Shown here: positions 1-11,979 of the stretch, in pieces
How positions within the stretch are numbered: the first letter of the stretch is position 1
How the letters are laid out: each line of letters opens with the position of its first letter
Assembly: GCA_008632985.1 (NCBI GenBank)
Contig: QPGO01000291.1
Span: 1 to 64,000, forward strand
Length of the DNA stretch: 64,000 nt
Direction: 5' to 3'
Source of the DNA: Psammoneis japonica
Taxonomy: Eukaryota
The notes under the pieces: model-generated
Told to the model about the DNA's origin: nothing
What the model saw: the letters and a program-made list of their open reading frames with translations, nothing else
Database searches by the model: none
Made by a program: the position numbers and the translations under genes

Positions 1-1
1 A

Positions 2-859
2 TCGCTTTTCTCCTTTGTTCTCCAGATTGCCACGGGTCGTCACTTCCATGGGTTGAACGAACGATGCGCCTTTGTTCCCGATGTGAAGTCAACGCTGGGA
101 TCAAAAGCAGCGGGAAAGGGGAAATCATGGTATTCTCAATCGAGCAGGCGGCCAAGACAGAAGGATTATTGCACTGAATCCAAAAAGACAAAGTTTTATG
201 GGATCGGTTTGCCTCTTCGAATGTCTGATGAAATTCGTACCACAGAGTTTGACGATTCTAGTACGTATCGTAAGCAGGGTCAGAGAAAAAACAGTGAGAA
301 AGATGGATCACTCGATCTGTCAGAAAAGCAGGAGAAAAGTCAAGGGATGAGGGAAGCAATGTCGAATTCTCCACGAGCGCGATTCTTTGGAAATGATTTT
401 TTGGATACAAAGCCTCCTCCCTTTCAAATTGAAGATGTGGACGTTCTTTTCTACGATGTCTTTTTGATTATCAATCTCGCGCTGTCGATTTCCTTTTGGG
501 TGGTGCACCGAATGTCGATTGATTATGTTGGTTCTGCATTCGGGGAAGGATCTCTGCTGAGTATTTTGTGGATAGGATCAGGACTGTATTATGGCTCTTT
601 TCTCAACTCGGCAGTCGATGGGCACTATGGCTCATCCGATGAACGAGGAGGACCAAAGGCTGCTGGTTTACTCGGCTTGCAAACATTTATTGGCGCCATT
701 AATCTGAGACTGGTATTTGCGCTTATAAGCGCTGTTTTGGAACACCGACAAGTTGGTGTAGCGGCCGGCGAACAACTGATACCCCTAGAGATTGCCTTTG
801 GACTGGTGCTCATGAGCATGTGGAGAGCACTTCATTCTTCCTTCACACCTCGAGTATAA
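2..859 (+). CDS. 5'-truncated membrane protein, probably plastid-targeted; C-terminal multi-TM domain resembling DUF3054
   Basis: Frame is open from the window edge (SLFSFVLQ...ERCAFVP, an AF-type transit motif) to TAA at 857-859. Several hydrophobic helices in the C-terminal half. Normal TA content. Confidence 0.6.
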   Translation, partial: SLFSFVLQIATGRHFHGLNERCAFVPDVKSTLGSKAAGKGKSWYSQSSRRPRQKDYCTESKKTKFYGIGLPLRMSDEIRTTEFDDSSTYRKQGQRKNSEKDGSLDLSEKQEKSQGMREAMSNSPRARFFGNDFLDTKPPPFQIEDVDVLFYDVFLIINLALSISFWVVHRMSIDYVGSAFGEGSLLSILWIGSGLYYGSFLNSAVDGHYGSSDERGGPKAAGLLGLQTFIGAINLRLVFALISAVLEHRQVGVAAGEQLIPLEIAFGLVLMSMWRALHSSFTPRV

Positions 860-1294
860 AACGCCAATAAAACTTGCAAACAGTAGCAATCGGTGTTGGA
901 TGAATAGTTTGTCCGTCCTTTTCATATTGTAGGCAGTGACTCTTCAAGATTCGGTGTTTGAACTGAGTCGCGACCGCAGAGCAAACGCACGAAGAAACAC
1001 ATCGGTTGGAGTCCTTCTGAGAGCGCTCTTGACATTGCCTCACTGGTATTTCACATTTATACTTCTACAAATCTACCTATACAGCCTCACTCTGGCTTGA
1101 ACATCTGGGGTGTCTTCCGTCAGTGCCAATGAAACTAAAGAATGCAAGGCGAGTAGACTAGTTGGTGCAGTAAAATTCCTTGTATTACCAGCCTTCCCCG
1201 AGAGGTTCGAGGAAGCCACAAGCTCAGTCGACAGATCATTCTATAATTTCACGCCTCTCAACACAAGCGATGATTGGAGCTTCTATTTCATAGC

Positions 1295-2043
1295 TTACTG
1301 GGCACCAAACAAGTCCATAAGAGGAACGGATCCAGGGATGGACTCAAAGGCAAACAAAGAGGCCATTGCGATCATTGCGGCGCGTCCATTCTTCAACTCA
1401 ACAATCTTGTAACGAGCTTGTTTCTCTTCTGAAAGCTTGTTCTTAAGACCCCAGGGATCGAAGCCCATGTTACCGGGTTCTTTGGTAGACATTCCTCGGA
1501 AGTTGTCGCCAGTGTGACCAACGCCCTCACCCTCAGCAATGGCGATGAAACCAAGAATGAAACCGAACCAAGCGGGCTGTTCAGCAGCAAAAACACCGAG
1601 GGCTTTTGTCCAATCGGGTTCCTCTGGGAAACCAGGAATGTGCATTCCAAGACCCATTCCTCCCTGTACGAGAAACACAGTGTAAACACAAAGGAATTCA
1701 CTGAGAACACCGACTTGTCTCACGAAAAGCACAAAATGGGAACATCACGAACGAAGCTACTCACGACGTGGGTGGCCCAGACACCAGTCCAGGCAAGCAT
1801 TGCCATACGACCGTGCTTGATCTCGGATTCCTGCATGTACTGCTTATCGGGGAACATGTTGGGGAAGGTATCAAAACTCTCGGCACCGAGCTTTCCCAAG
1901 CTCAAGGGATCCCATGGCTTGCCACCAACTTCCTCGAATCCAGTCGCCGAAAGAGATGTGGACGACTTGGTCGACTGCGGTGGGGCAAAGGCAGCCGCAC
2001 TAGCGGCAAGAGTGGCGGCGAGAGCGACTGTGAATTTGGCCAT
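1295..2043 (-). CDS. Light-harvesting fucoxanthin-chlorophyll a/c binding protein (LHC family, Lhcr/Lhcz-like); exons 2043-1765 and 1663-1295
   Basis: MAKFTVALAATLAASAAAFAP presequence, ESEIKHGRMAMLA and ELKNGRAAMIA chlorophyll-binding helices, FDPWG motif. Intron 1764-1664 reads GTGAGT...TACAG. Confidence 0.93.
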
Positions 2044-2279
2044 GGTGCTTGCTGCTTGTGTCGCGTGTTCAAAAACGATGAGGCACGTCGCGGACGGTTG
2101 TACCAGAAATTCCGTAGAAACGTACGAAGCAGATTTCAACAAAAGGATTTGGTTCAATTTCAGCTCGAATGCTTCGACTAAAAAGGTTTTGCACATGCGA
2201 AGCACGCACGAAAAAATGAGTCGCAGCTTTACTGCTGATCATTCCTTTCAGGCGCTCGAGCTTTCACAGACAGCAAGCA

Positions 2280-2340
2280 AATCTATCTATCTGTCATCCG
2301 TCCATCTAATCTATCCATCCATCCACCATCCATCTGTCTG
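2280..2340. repeat. Degenerate (ATCT/ATCC)n microsatellite at the left edge of a TA-depleted repeat block
   Basis: atctatctatctgtcatccgtccatctaatctatccatccatccaccatccatct. Confidence 0.7.
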
Positions 2341-3510
2341 CACACATTCTACTGTCTAGACTATGGCATGCCTGTCTGTGCTTTGCGACAACTTTTAAAC
2401 CATCCATTTCTTTTTCAGGAGGAGGGGTGTCTTTTCAGTTGCAGAAATCACCAAAAAACGACTTCACCTTCCCCCACCTGGCGAAGCCTGAGCCTCTGCC
2501 TGACAAAGTGGTCTCTGTGTGGCCTCCACCCACCTGGTGGCGGAGAGCATGATGTTGCTTGCAAAGCAAAACAGGCAGCATCCCCGCGGCGGCCTTCTGA
2601 AAGTGAGAGCAGCACAACCACAAAAACCAGAGCTCCCACACCATCGCTCCCTCTGCACCCATTTCAACCTGTGGACACAGCAAGGTCATGCATTGACATC
2701 TGTGATGAGCTCTGCTGTGGCTGCAAACTCTCAGAGAACAGCTCTCTTTCATGGCCCAACAACGGCCCAAAGCAGGAGCGCCAGCGGCACGTGCAAGTGT
2801 CAGCCACCAGGTGCAAAAGAAAGTGAAATTTTCCAACATTCAGTCAAAAACAGGTGGCAATTTTGCTTTTTTGAAACTTGTTGCACAACAGCTCAATGAA
2901 TTGATGTCACTTTTTTCAGAGTGGTGTCATGTTGCACATCGCACATTTCTGAGGCAAAGAAATGGCTTTTGTCTGCAGCGCCTCATCTCATGGCCTCGTG
3001 GCTCTCCCATGTCACGGGTGCAATGTGGAGTTGGTGCACATGAGCCACTGTTGCAAAGTTTTGTGTTGTCTGTGTGTGGAATGATTGTGTTGCTTTTTTG
3101 CTCAGGTTTCTGCTTGCCCTCACTTTTGCACTGTTGCTGTCCCCTTCCAATGCATTGCCCCCCTTCCTTCGACTCGTCATCATGGCCCAGGACATCCACG
3201 ACAATGGCAAGTGCTCTGACATGTGACAAAGGGCAGCAGCTCAAAGCTGGTTGAAAGTCATCTGTGGAGAATTTCTTGTGGTTGCTTCTCAAGAAGCCAC
3301 TGTCTCCATTTTTCAAATAAAAAAAACGAAAGACAAGCAACTTGCCTGCCAGCTTCTTGACAAGCTCGCATGTCCTGTGAGCTGCGCGCCTGTTGCTTGA
3401 CCTTCTCTCAAGTTTTCCAAGATCTTGTGGGTGGCCATGATCACCACCATGTCTCTTGCTTTTCTGTCAGCAGTGGCCTTTGCTGGAAATGACACTCCAG
3501 CCTGCAGCAC

Positions 3511-3889
3511 TGCACTGTGCTCGAAGAATGAGTGCAAACGAAAGTAGAACGAAGTTCAAAAAGTGAAAATTATGAGAATTGTTTCTGCGCAATCATTTTG
3601 GGTTTCTCTGAACGGGTTCTCAATGGCCTGAGCCTTTTGCACTGCTCCTGCAGACAAAAGGCCTTTTGGAGAATGCGATTGTGACAACAGATTGTCCGGA
3701 TGCGATTGACATTGACACATGAGATGTCAACATCATCGCATGATCGCATTTTCGATTCTCAACATCCGATCACTTCTGTGTGATTGATCTGCACTTCGCA
3801 CGAACCCACGATTGACGCACGATTGAAATGTAATTTCATTTGATGCACAGATGTGCACATGTGGTGCGCACATGACAACGCATGTTGCA
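3511..3889 (-). repeat. 3' LTR of Gypsy-1
   Basis: Direct repeat of 8289-8668, preceded on the minus strand by the PPT. Confidence 0.93.
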
Positions 3890-3915
3890 TTCGCCTCCCC
3901 AATTGCACATTAGAG

Positions 3916-6900
3916 TCAGTCATCAAACGGCATCATCCGACGAATGTTGACAGTGTCAATGACGTCACCACGTTTGATCTGCACTGTGCCATCAGCATGC
4001 ACCGTTGTTGTCACATGCGGTCCAACACAGGGCTGTTCTAATTTTTGCGAGTCTTTCTCGAGCAGCATCATTTCTCCTGCTCTGTGCGTGCAAGGAGTGC
4101 GTCGAGCATTCTCTCAAGCATCATTTTTATTTGTGATTTCTTGTTTTTGCTGCTGGATTGGTTTCCAGTCTGCAACATGTTGGACATTAAATGTCATGTC
4201 CCTGTTGAAGACCAGTTGTCCTGGTGCAGCTTGCGCAGTGGCATGATGCGCAGAACGCACCGCAAATGCTGCCGCTGATGACATTCCAGTGAAAGGATCC
4301 TCAGCATCTAGAGGTGTGTGTTGCAAATCAAATGTGCAGAGCATGTTCCCCAGCACTTGATGTGCACGTTCAACAACTGCGTTTGCTTGTGGATTTTGTG
4401 TGGTCATGGGCTTGACTTTGATGCCACAATCATCTTGCACCATGTTTTTAAATTGGTGTCTGATGAACTCACTTCCACTGTCACATGCAATTGACAATGG
4501 CCAAGGATGTCTGCTCAACCATGTCCATTCTAATGGTCCAGCTGCAGTTGTGGATTCCTTGTTTGGAATTTCCACAACTTCAAACCATCCGGTTGCTGGA
4601 TCAATCATTGTCAAACATTTCAGGACTGGGGGTTCTTTCTTTCCCTTATGACGCATTTTGCACGGCCCAACAAGGTCCACACACAGTCGTTCCCATGGCA
4701 CGGATTCCGCGCACTTGTGTTTCTTTTTGAATTTTTGGCACGTCTCACATCTCGACACGTGTTTTCGCATGTCTTCACGCAAGGTGGACCACCACAGGTG
4801 TTGTGAGATTGTTTCTTCTGTTCGATTTGTGCCAGGGTGAAGAAGGTGCGCATGACACCAATCTGTCACTGCCTTTTGCAATGTCCTTGGGACGACAATT
4901 GTGTCCTTGTGACATGTGAGCAACCGGTCTCGCTCGCCTCCACGAAAAGTCTTCACATGAAACGTCTCATTTGACAATTGGGAGAGAATGTCTTTGTCCC
5001 GTTTTTGTTCACAATCGAGAACTTTTAATTTGACGGAAAGACATTGTCGCAGGATTTTGGTGGGACCTTTTCAGCCAACTCTTCTGTGCTGAGGGTTTCC
5101 ACAGGTTCTATTTTTTTCATGGCAAGTCGGCTGATCGCATCTGCGACAACAGACTGTTCGCCTTGCCCTCAAGGTACATCATTTTGGGACTGTGTTCTTC
5201 TGTCATCAGACGCCAATGCATGACTCTGTCCGTTGTGAAATTTTTGTGTGTGAGATTCTTGTGATCCGCACATGTGTTAATCTGTTGGCCAAACAGCACA
5301 TTTTGGAACTCTTTTAACGTCTCCACTGTGGACAACAGTTCTTTTTCCGTTGCAGCACAACGCGTCTGCGCTCCATTCTGCTTGCGGCTGTAGAAGGCAA
5401 TTGGTCGGTTTTTCTGCGTAATGACCGCCCCCAATTGAGAATTGCTCGCATCAGCATGTGTCTCAAAGGGTGTGTTGAAATTCGGGTGTGACAATGACAT
5501 GTCTTTAGAGATTGTGCGCTTCACATTTTCGAAGGCTTTTTGTTCTGTTTCGGTCCATTGCCACTTTGCTTGTGTAGAAGTGAGTTTGGCTAAAGGAGCT
5601 AAAACATGAGATCGTCGAGGCCACATGTCTCGACAGCAGTTGATCATGCCGACAAAGCGTCGCAATTGCTTGCGAGTTTTGGGAGTTGCGATCGCATGAA
5701 TCGCTTCTACTTTTTTCGGAATGGGACTGATGCCGTTGCGGGTGACATGAAAGCCCAGATGGTCACTTCGGGTTTAGCAAAAAAAGACTTCTCGGCGTTG
5801 ACCTTCAATCCGGCTTGTTCTAGGCGCAAGAACACCATCTCAAGCTTCTTGAGGTGGTCTTGAAAATCACCTTTTGCAAGGCACAACATGTCGTCAACAT
5901 GAGTTCTGACGAACTCCAGACCTGCCATGAGCTCACTCATGTGCTCTTGGAAAATGTCTGGAGCTCCACAGATTCCCGTGGGGAGTCCACAGCACTCACA
6001 TTTGCCCCAAGGCATGACGATCATGCACAAATGACGTGCATTCGGTGTCAGCTTGATGTGACAGCATCCCACGTTTAAATCTAGGGATGTTGCATGCATG
6101 AAACCTTCAAGCTTCTGCAGCATGTCCTGAACATTGGGCAGAGGAAACGGAGCACGCACTGACCTCTTATTTAGCTCACGAAAGTTGGATGGAAATCGGA
6201 CTCGACCATTTTTCTTTGGTTGAACAAAGGTTGGAGCTGCCCATTCAGAACAACTCATTTTTCTTAAGACCTTTGACTTGCACAGTCTTTCAACCTCTTT
6301 ACGAGCAGTCGCCTCCAAGGCTTGTGGTGCAGGAAATGGTTTGGCATGATGCGGACTCGCGCCCAGTTTCAACTTTAAATCCACCAGTTTCCCGGTCCAT
6401 TTGCCTGGAGAACCATCAAAAAGGTTTTCAAATCTTTTTAACAAGATGTTCAGCTGCCCCTGCTCTTCAGGAGTTAGATGAGTGGCTGCTGCGGTCACAT
6501 TGTTGAGGTTTGCAGTGTGACAGTCTGAGTCAAGGATCCGATTGACCCTGTCATTAAGACCAATCACTGCACGAGATTCCTCAATGAGATTGGCAATCAA
6601 CTTAAAAACATCGGCATCAAAGAGTGCATCAACATTCTTCGTAGGAGCAGTTGCATCTTCCCATTTGATCTCTTCATTCAAGAAGTCTGACATTGTCCCA
6701 AGACTTGACATTGAGTCGCGTCCCATGATCACATCACAACGACTCGAAGAAGAAGGGGAGTTGTCAACACATGCTGATGTTTCCATCATCTCATGCTTGT
6801 CAAATTCGGGTGAGGAGAATTGGATTTTACATCGACTGTCAGTCATAAAGAGCCCTCCTTTGGTTTCCCAGAGTTTGGTGGTGGACACTTTGGTTCTGAG

Positions 6901-7095
6901 TTTCCGCGTGAATTTGCGCAAAATTGTGGTTGACGATGTTCCGCTGTCGAGGAGAATGCGCAGAGGCTTGTTTTTCGCTTTGCCCAAAGAGGTGTTCATA
7001 CAAGCGACGACCACTGGACCAGCATGGATTGCTTTGGCCCTTTTTCTGAGCTTCCTGACATCCAGCAAGGCGCAAGCCTCCTCTTGCGGTGCAAG
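3916..7095 (-). pseudogene. pol: Gypsy-1 pol (protease LLDSG, RT HVDD, RNase H DAS...FYSRK, integrase VDLVGP / DSGSEF / NAVVER), frameshifted
   Basis: ORF fragments 5707-7068, 5117-5665 and 4114-4977 align with the continuous pol ORF of Gypsy-2. Confidence 0.92.
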
Positions 7096-8252
7096 TCATT
7101 CCTCAGAATCACTGCGCGTCATTTTTTCAAACTGACAATTCTCCTCGTCAAGGGTGTCAGAGTCACAATCTTTGCTCTTGCGCTTCTTGTCGTTGTTTGA
7201 AGAACTTGCTTTGAGCATTTTTTGAACTGCTTGGATCGCCATGGCATTCAACTCTTCTTTGCGAGCAGCATTGTCGTCATCGCGACGAGACCACGTGCGA
7301 CTGCCATTTGAATGGCGCCATTTTGGATCGGGTTCATAGTTCCCATGGCGTTCTTTCGCAAGTCTTTTGATCGACCAGCACTTGTCCGTGTCACGAGTGG
7401 ATTTCTCGCACAAAATGCACCACTTGTTGGACTGAGATTTTTTGGCACCATGTTGGTGACCATTTTTGGAACCACGTTGGGAACCACTCTTGGCTTTTGA
7501 TGCAGCACCACCGCTGCCATCAGCCTTGGCATGAATGCCATCGAATGTGTCCTCTGCAACCTCTGGGCGCTCCAAAAACTCAACCAACTCGTCACAGGTG
7601 TGTTTCAAAATTTCGAAACCCTGGATGGTCGACTGACGCTGCCACTTTCGAGGTGCAAGATTGAAGAGGATGTCCTTGAGCTCGTCGTCCTCGATCTTCT
7701 GCCCCTTCCCAAAGGGAGGATAGAACTTGAGGTCTTTGTTGACTTCCTGGACCCAAGCAGCAAGTTTGCACACTTTCATTGACTCCGGCTTCTTGAGATC
7801 GCGACGCAAATAGCATTTCTGCACCGAAAGTGCGCTCTTGGGAAACACATGCCTCGTGAGATGCTGCAGGCATTTCTCGAAGCTTCCTTCCGCAGATTCG
7901 TCTTCAAGGTTTGCTGCCACATTCTCGAAAGCATGTAGAGCGTCTCCTTGGAGTGACATGCGCATGAGACGGAACTCATCGGCTTGCTTCCTGATGTTCT
8001 GGCCCACTGGAAGTTGATCGTAGCTCTTGAAAAATTCGATGCACTTGGGGACACCTTGCTTCTTACAGTGCTCGACATTGATGGTGTGGGTGCGGCCATC
8101 CTTCTTCTTGGGATGAAAACGTTGCTCCTTCTTGAGGTGCTGGCTCGGTTTGAGGCTCTTCAGCTCGGAATTCGATTCCAGCGGGGTTGAGGAACGATTT
8201 TCTCCTGCCTCAACGAAGTTTTGGCGTTGGTTGCTTGAGGTGAAAGCTTCAT
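7096..8252 (-). pseudogene. gag: Gypsy-1 gag
   Basis: ORF 7096-8007 is near-identical to Gypsy-2 gag. The N-terminal part from the ATG at 8252 is shifted in frame. Confidence 0.85.
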
Positions 8253-8288
8253 CTTGAACTTGTCACCTTCTGTGGTGTGTGCACACAA

Positions 8289-8668
8289 TGCACCATGCTC
8301 GAAGAACGAGTGCAAACGAAAGTGGAGCGAAGTTCAAAAAGTGAAAATTGTGAGAATCATTTCTACGCAATCATTTTGGGTTTCTCCGAATGGGTTCTCA
8401 ACAGCCTAAACCTTTTGCACTGCTCCTGCAGACAAAAGGCCTTTCGGAGAATACGATCGTGACAACAGATTGTCCGGATGCGATTGACATTGACACGTGA
8501 GATGTCGACATCATTGTACGATCGCATTTGCGATTCTCGACATCCGATCACTGACTTCTGTGTGATCGATCTGTGCTTCGTACGAACCCACGATTGACGT
8601 GCGATTGAAACATAATTTTATTTCACACACAAATGTGCGTGTGCAATGCGTGCATGATGCATGTTGCA
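8289..8668 (-). repeat. 5' LTR of Gypsy-1
   Basis: Direct repeat of 3511-3889, bounded by TSD GCAC. Confidence 0.93.
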
Positions 8669-9408
8669 GCACCAACAAGAGCTGCCGAGCACACCATCTT
8701 TCTGCGCTCTGACGCTGCTCGACAGAGGCAGGTTGGGTTGTTTGTCACAGCACCTCTTGAAAAACTTTGCTTTCCATCTTTTGTGCAAAAACAAGCTGGT
8801 CTGCAGACAAGATGGTGTCATCCCTCAGCAGCAGCAACAGCAACAAAAGCGGCAGCGGAAGGGCTGGAGGAGACACTTCTGAGGAGGAGATGCTGGTGGT
8901 GGCAGTGGTGGCACCACCAGCACTGCTCCTCTGACTGAGGCTTCATCTCAATTTTGACAGAAATGTGGCAAGGCAGAGTGCAATTCCTGGAGTGCGCTCT
9001 TGAGTCATTTCTTCCGAGCGTTTGGCGCGCCCCAGAAAAGCTCTGTTCAGCCAGCATTTTCACAGAACCCACAGACTCAAATTTGAAACTGGGTTGCAAT
9101 TGCAGCAGAAGAAAGTTTGAGGAACTCTGAGCTGCCCTTCAAGGTTCTGAATCTATGATTTCTGGAACCCAAGGTGCTGTGCACGTCACATTCTTCCTCT
9201 TTTGAGGGGATTTGTCAGTTCCTGCGTCTATTTTGTCAGATTTCAAAGCTTTGCGGCGCGATGGTGCAAAAACGTGACGCGTGACACGTCGTGACGATTT
9301 ATTTGGAGAGATTCCAGGTAGATTGCGCGCCAACATCCAACATGAGTATCATACATTATCACCGGAGGCGCTGCCGCATGGATTGTGAGATGTGGCGATG
9401 TGGATGAG

Positions 9409-11621
9409 ATGAGCGCTGAGCAGACAATGACCGGTGAAGAAATCAACGAAGGAGGAGATGCCAACATAGAGCTAGCAGATTCAAGTTCACATGAGAGCAA
9501 CGACATTGAGAGCGGTGATGTTTCTTTCCGTCGAAAACACACGCCTGAAACAGTAACAACTTCAACCGACTCTGACATCGCTGGGGATCATGATCTGCCC
9601 ATGCCACAACTTTCTCCGGTAGGCTCAACATCTGAAGAACACTTCTTTGCGAGTCGACGTGGCGTGCATCTAAGGTGAAGTCGACTGACGAAAACAGTGG
9701 AATGCACGGGCAATCCCACGTCAACACTCATGGGGGGTTCCATCTCGGGTCAACCGACACCAGCGTACTCGAAAAGCAACGTGTTTACAAAAACAATTTT
9801 GAATTGTACGCCTGGATCGGTGGAACCGGGACAAGTTCTGGCTATTCTTGGTCCCAACGGCGCTTTTAAGAGCACACTGTTGAATGTATTGTCCGGGCGA
9901 ACGCAGTACGACTCTGGTGGCATCACAATCCATGGCCAAGAAATGAACGAAAAAAATGTTGGACGTTTTCAGCGGATGATTGCGTATATATGTTCAACAA
10001 GAAGATATCTTTTTTGACCACTTGACGGTGCGTGATCATCTCACTTATATTGGACTCTTGAGGCTACCACGTTCCATGAGCCGGTTTGACAAGGTGAAGG
10101 GCTCTTTGAGACTGCGCAATTGCGTAGATGCATCTATTCGTTTGATATCTGGGGGCGAACGCAAACGCGTCAATATCGCAACTGAACTCCTTCTGAACCC
10201 TTGTGTTGTCTTGACGGATGAGCCCAATAGTACCTTGGATTCAGCCAACTCGTGTGAAGTTATGAAAATCATGAGACATCTGGCCCAGGTCCAACAGAAA
10301 ACCGTTATAACCACCATTCATCAGACGACTTTGACACTTTTCCATTCCTTTGATAAAGTCATGATGCTGGCGGAGGGTTCTGTGGTTTTCCATGGTTCAC
10401 CCAAAGCTTCAGTAGACCATTTAGCAGCTGTTAGGTACCAGTGTCCTCGAGGGTTCAATGTGGCGAATTACTGGCTGGATCTATTGGTTCTGAATGACGA
10501 GCATGCATCAAGCCTCACGGGAGTGTCAAGTTCACGGCGGATTCGCAAGATTCAGAGTTACAATGGGTCCGTGACGATGCCCGACCAAGCTCTGTGAGAC
10601 AACGATCAGTGTCGAGCTTAGGATTGATCCGTCACTGGAGGCAAGAAGAGCGACGACGGCAGCTAGGTCCTAAGGATCGATAAATCAAGGCATGGGACAA
10701 GGAAGAACCTGCTTCTACAGTGGATGCAGAAATTATGGCTAGCCAGCAACAATTTCACCGTGGTTCAGAGGATTCGTTGGCGGTATTATCATTTGCAGTG
10801 GGCGCCTCGTGGCCGAGTCAATTTCGTATTCTGCTTCACCGATCACTCAAGAACAGCAAGTCCGTCGTATTTACGCCAATCAATGTATTCAAGTCCATGT
10901 GTACTTGGGTAGTTGTCGGTCTACTTTGGTTTCAAATGCCCTACACAGAGGCCTACGTGTTTGATCGCGAGAGTTATCTGTTTTTCACCCTTTCATATTG
11001 GGTCTTCGAGGCGTGGTTCGAGGCATTGATGACCTTTCTGTTGGGAAAGGAGGTCCTATTCAAAGAGCGTGCGAGTCACTCGTACGATATGAGTGCCAAG
11101 ACGGTGAGTGAAATGCCTGTCCGACTAGGTTTGCCTTTGGTCTACATGGCTATTTCGTACTGGATGGCCAGCTTGAACCCTTCGTTTGGGGTATTCGTTG
11201 CGGTGACGTTGGTCATATTGGTTGCCGTAATTGCGGGTGGATCCCTAGGTCTATATTGATCGGCTCGATATTTTTAGACTTGGACAAAGCATTGGCTGTC
11301 ATGGTAGTTGTTGCCCACGCACTCCTTGTTGCAGGGGGGTTCTTCGTCCAAAACGTTCCGTCTTTTATCGAATGGCTCAAGTATCTCTCTGTCTTTAAAT
11401 ACTCGTACGATGCAAGTCGAATTCTGGTATTCAATGAGGACATTCCATGTGACGGAAGTGGCAAGCTCGAAAGTCTTTGCCACGAGCGTGACTACGGCGT
11501 GGCCGAGGTCGGCTCCTTGCTTGACTTTCTTGGCGTGCAGGGATCTCTGGCGTTCAACATTGGTCTACTCTTTGTCACGGTTGTGATCCCTCGATTCGGC
11601 GCAGATGTCGCTCTGAAATAA
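9409..11621 (+). pseudogene. ABCG (White-family) half transporter, disrupted
   Basis: Degenerate Walker A GPNGAFKST, YVQQED Q-loop, ISGGERKRV signature, LTDEP Walker B, TIHQ H-loop, then an ABC2 membrane domain. In-frame TGA at 9676-9678, a 4-nt insertion near 9988, and further stops/frameshifts near 10597 and 11256. Confidence 0.85.
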
Positions 11622-11979
11622 CGCAAGATAGACCTCCGCCACTCGTAGTACTGCTATGAAGAATGAAGACTACAACAATGCACGATGTGTGTATTAGATC
11701 CCATTGAAATGCTAGGATATACGCACTCTTGCGTGAGATCCCATTGAAACGTTCGTCTATGAAGGAAGCTGATACAAAAGAATATCCACCCGCCAAAAGC
11801 ATTCTCGCTTTTCTCTCCGCCGCCAGTAAGCTCTCCTTTTAGAAGTATTTTGACGCGAGAAAACAGCCAAGAAGTGCAGCACATGACTCTCTTTGTACTA
11901 TACTCACACGCCTACAGCGAACATTAATACCATAAATACTGTTATTACTTCAGAGGACTACATTCAGTAATAATATAAT

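Larger units (their letters stand above)
3511..8668 (-). mobile_element. Ty3/Gypsy LTR retrotransposon copy 1 (full length, hypermutated, frameshifted)
   Basis: LTRs 3511-3889 and 8289-8668 (TGCA...TGCA), 4-bp TSD GCAC (3507-3510, 8669-8672), polypurine tract GGGGAGGCGAA next to the 3' LTR, domain order gag-PR-RT-RH-IN. Confidence 0.95.
2365..9260. mobile_element. Unclassified TA-depleted repeat/relic (about 2365-3510 plus 8669-9260) interrupted by Gypsy-1
   Basis: Abrupt loss of TA and excess of TG/CA relative to the flanking genes. The two halves are joined by the GCAC TSD of Gypsy-1. No recognisable protein; boundaries approximate. Confidence 0.45.
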
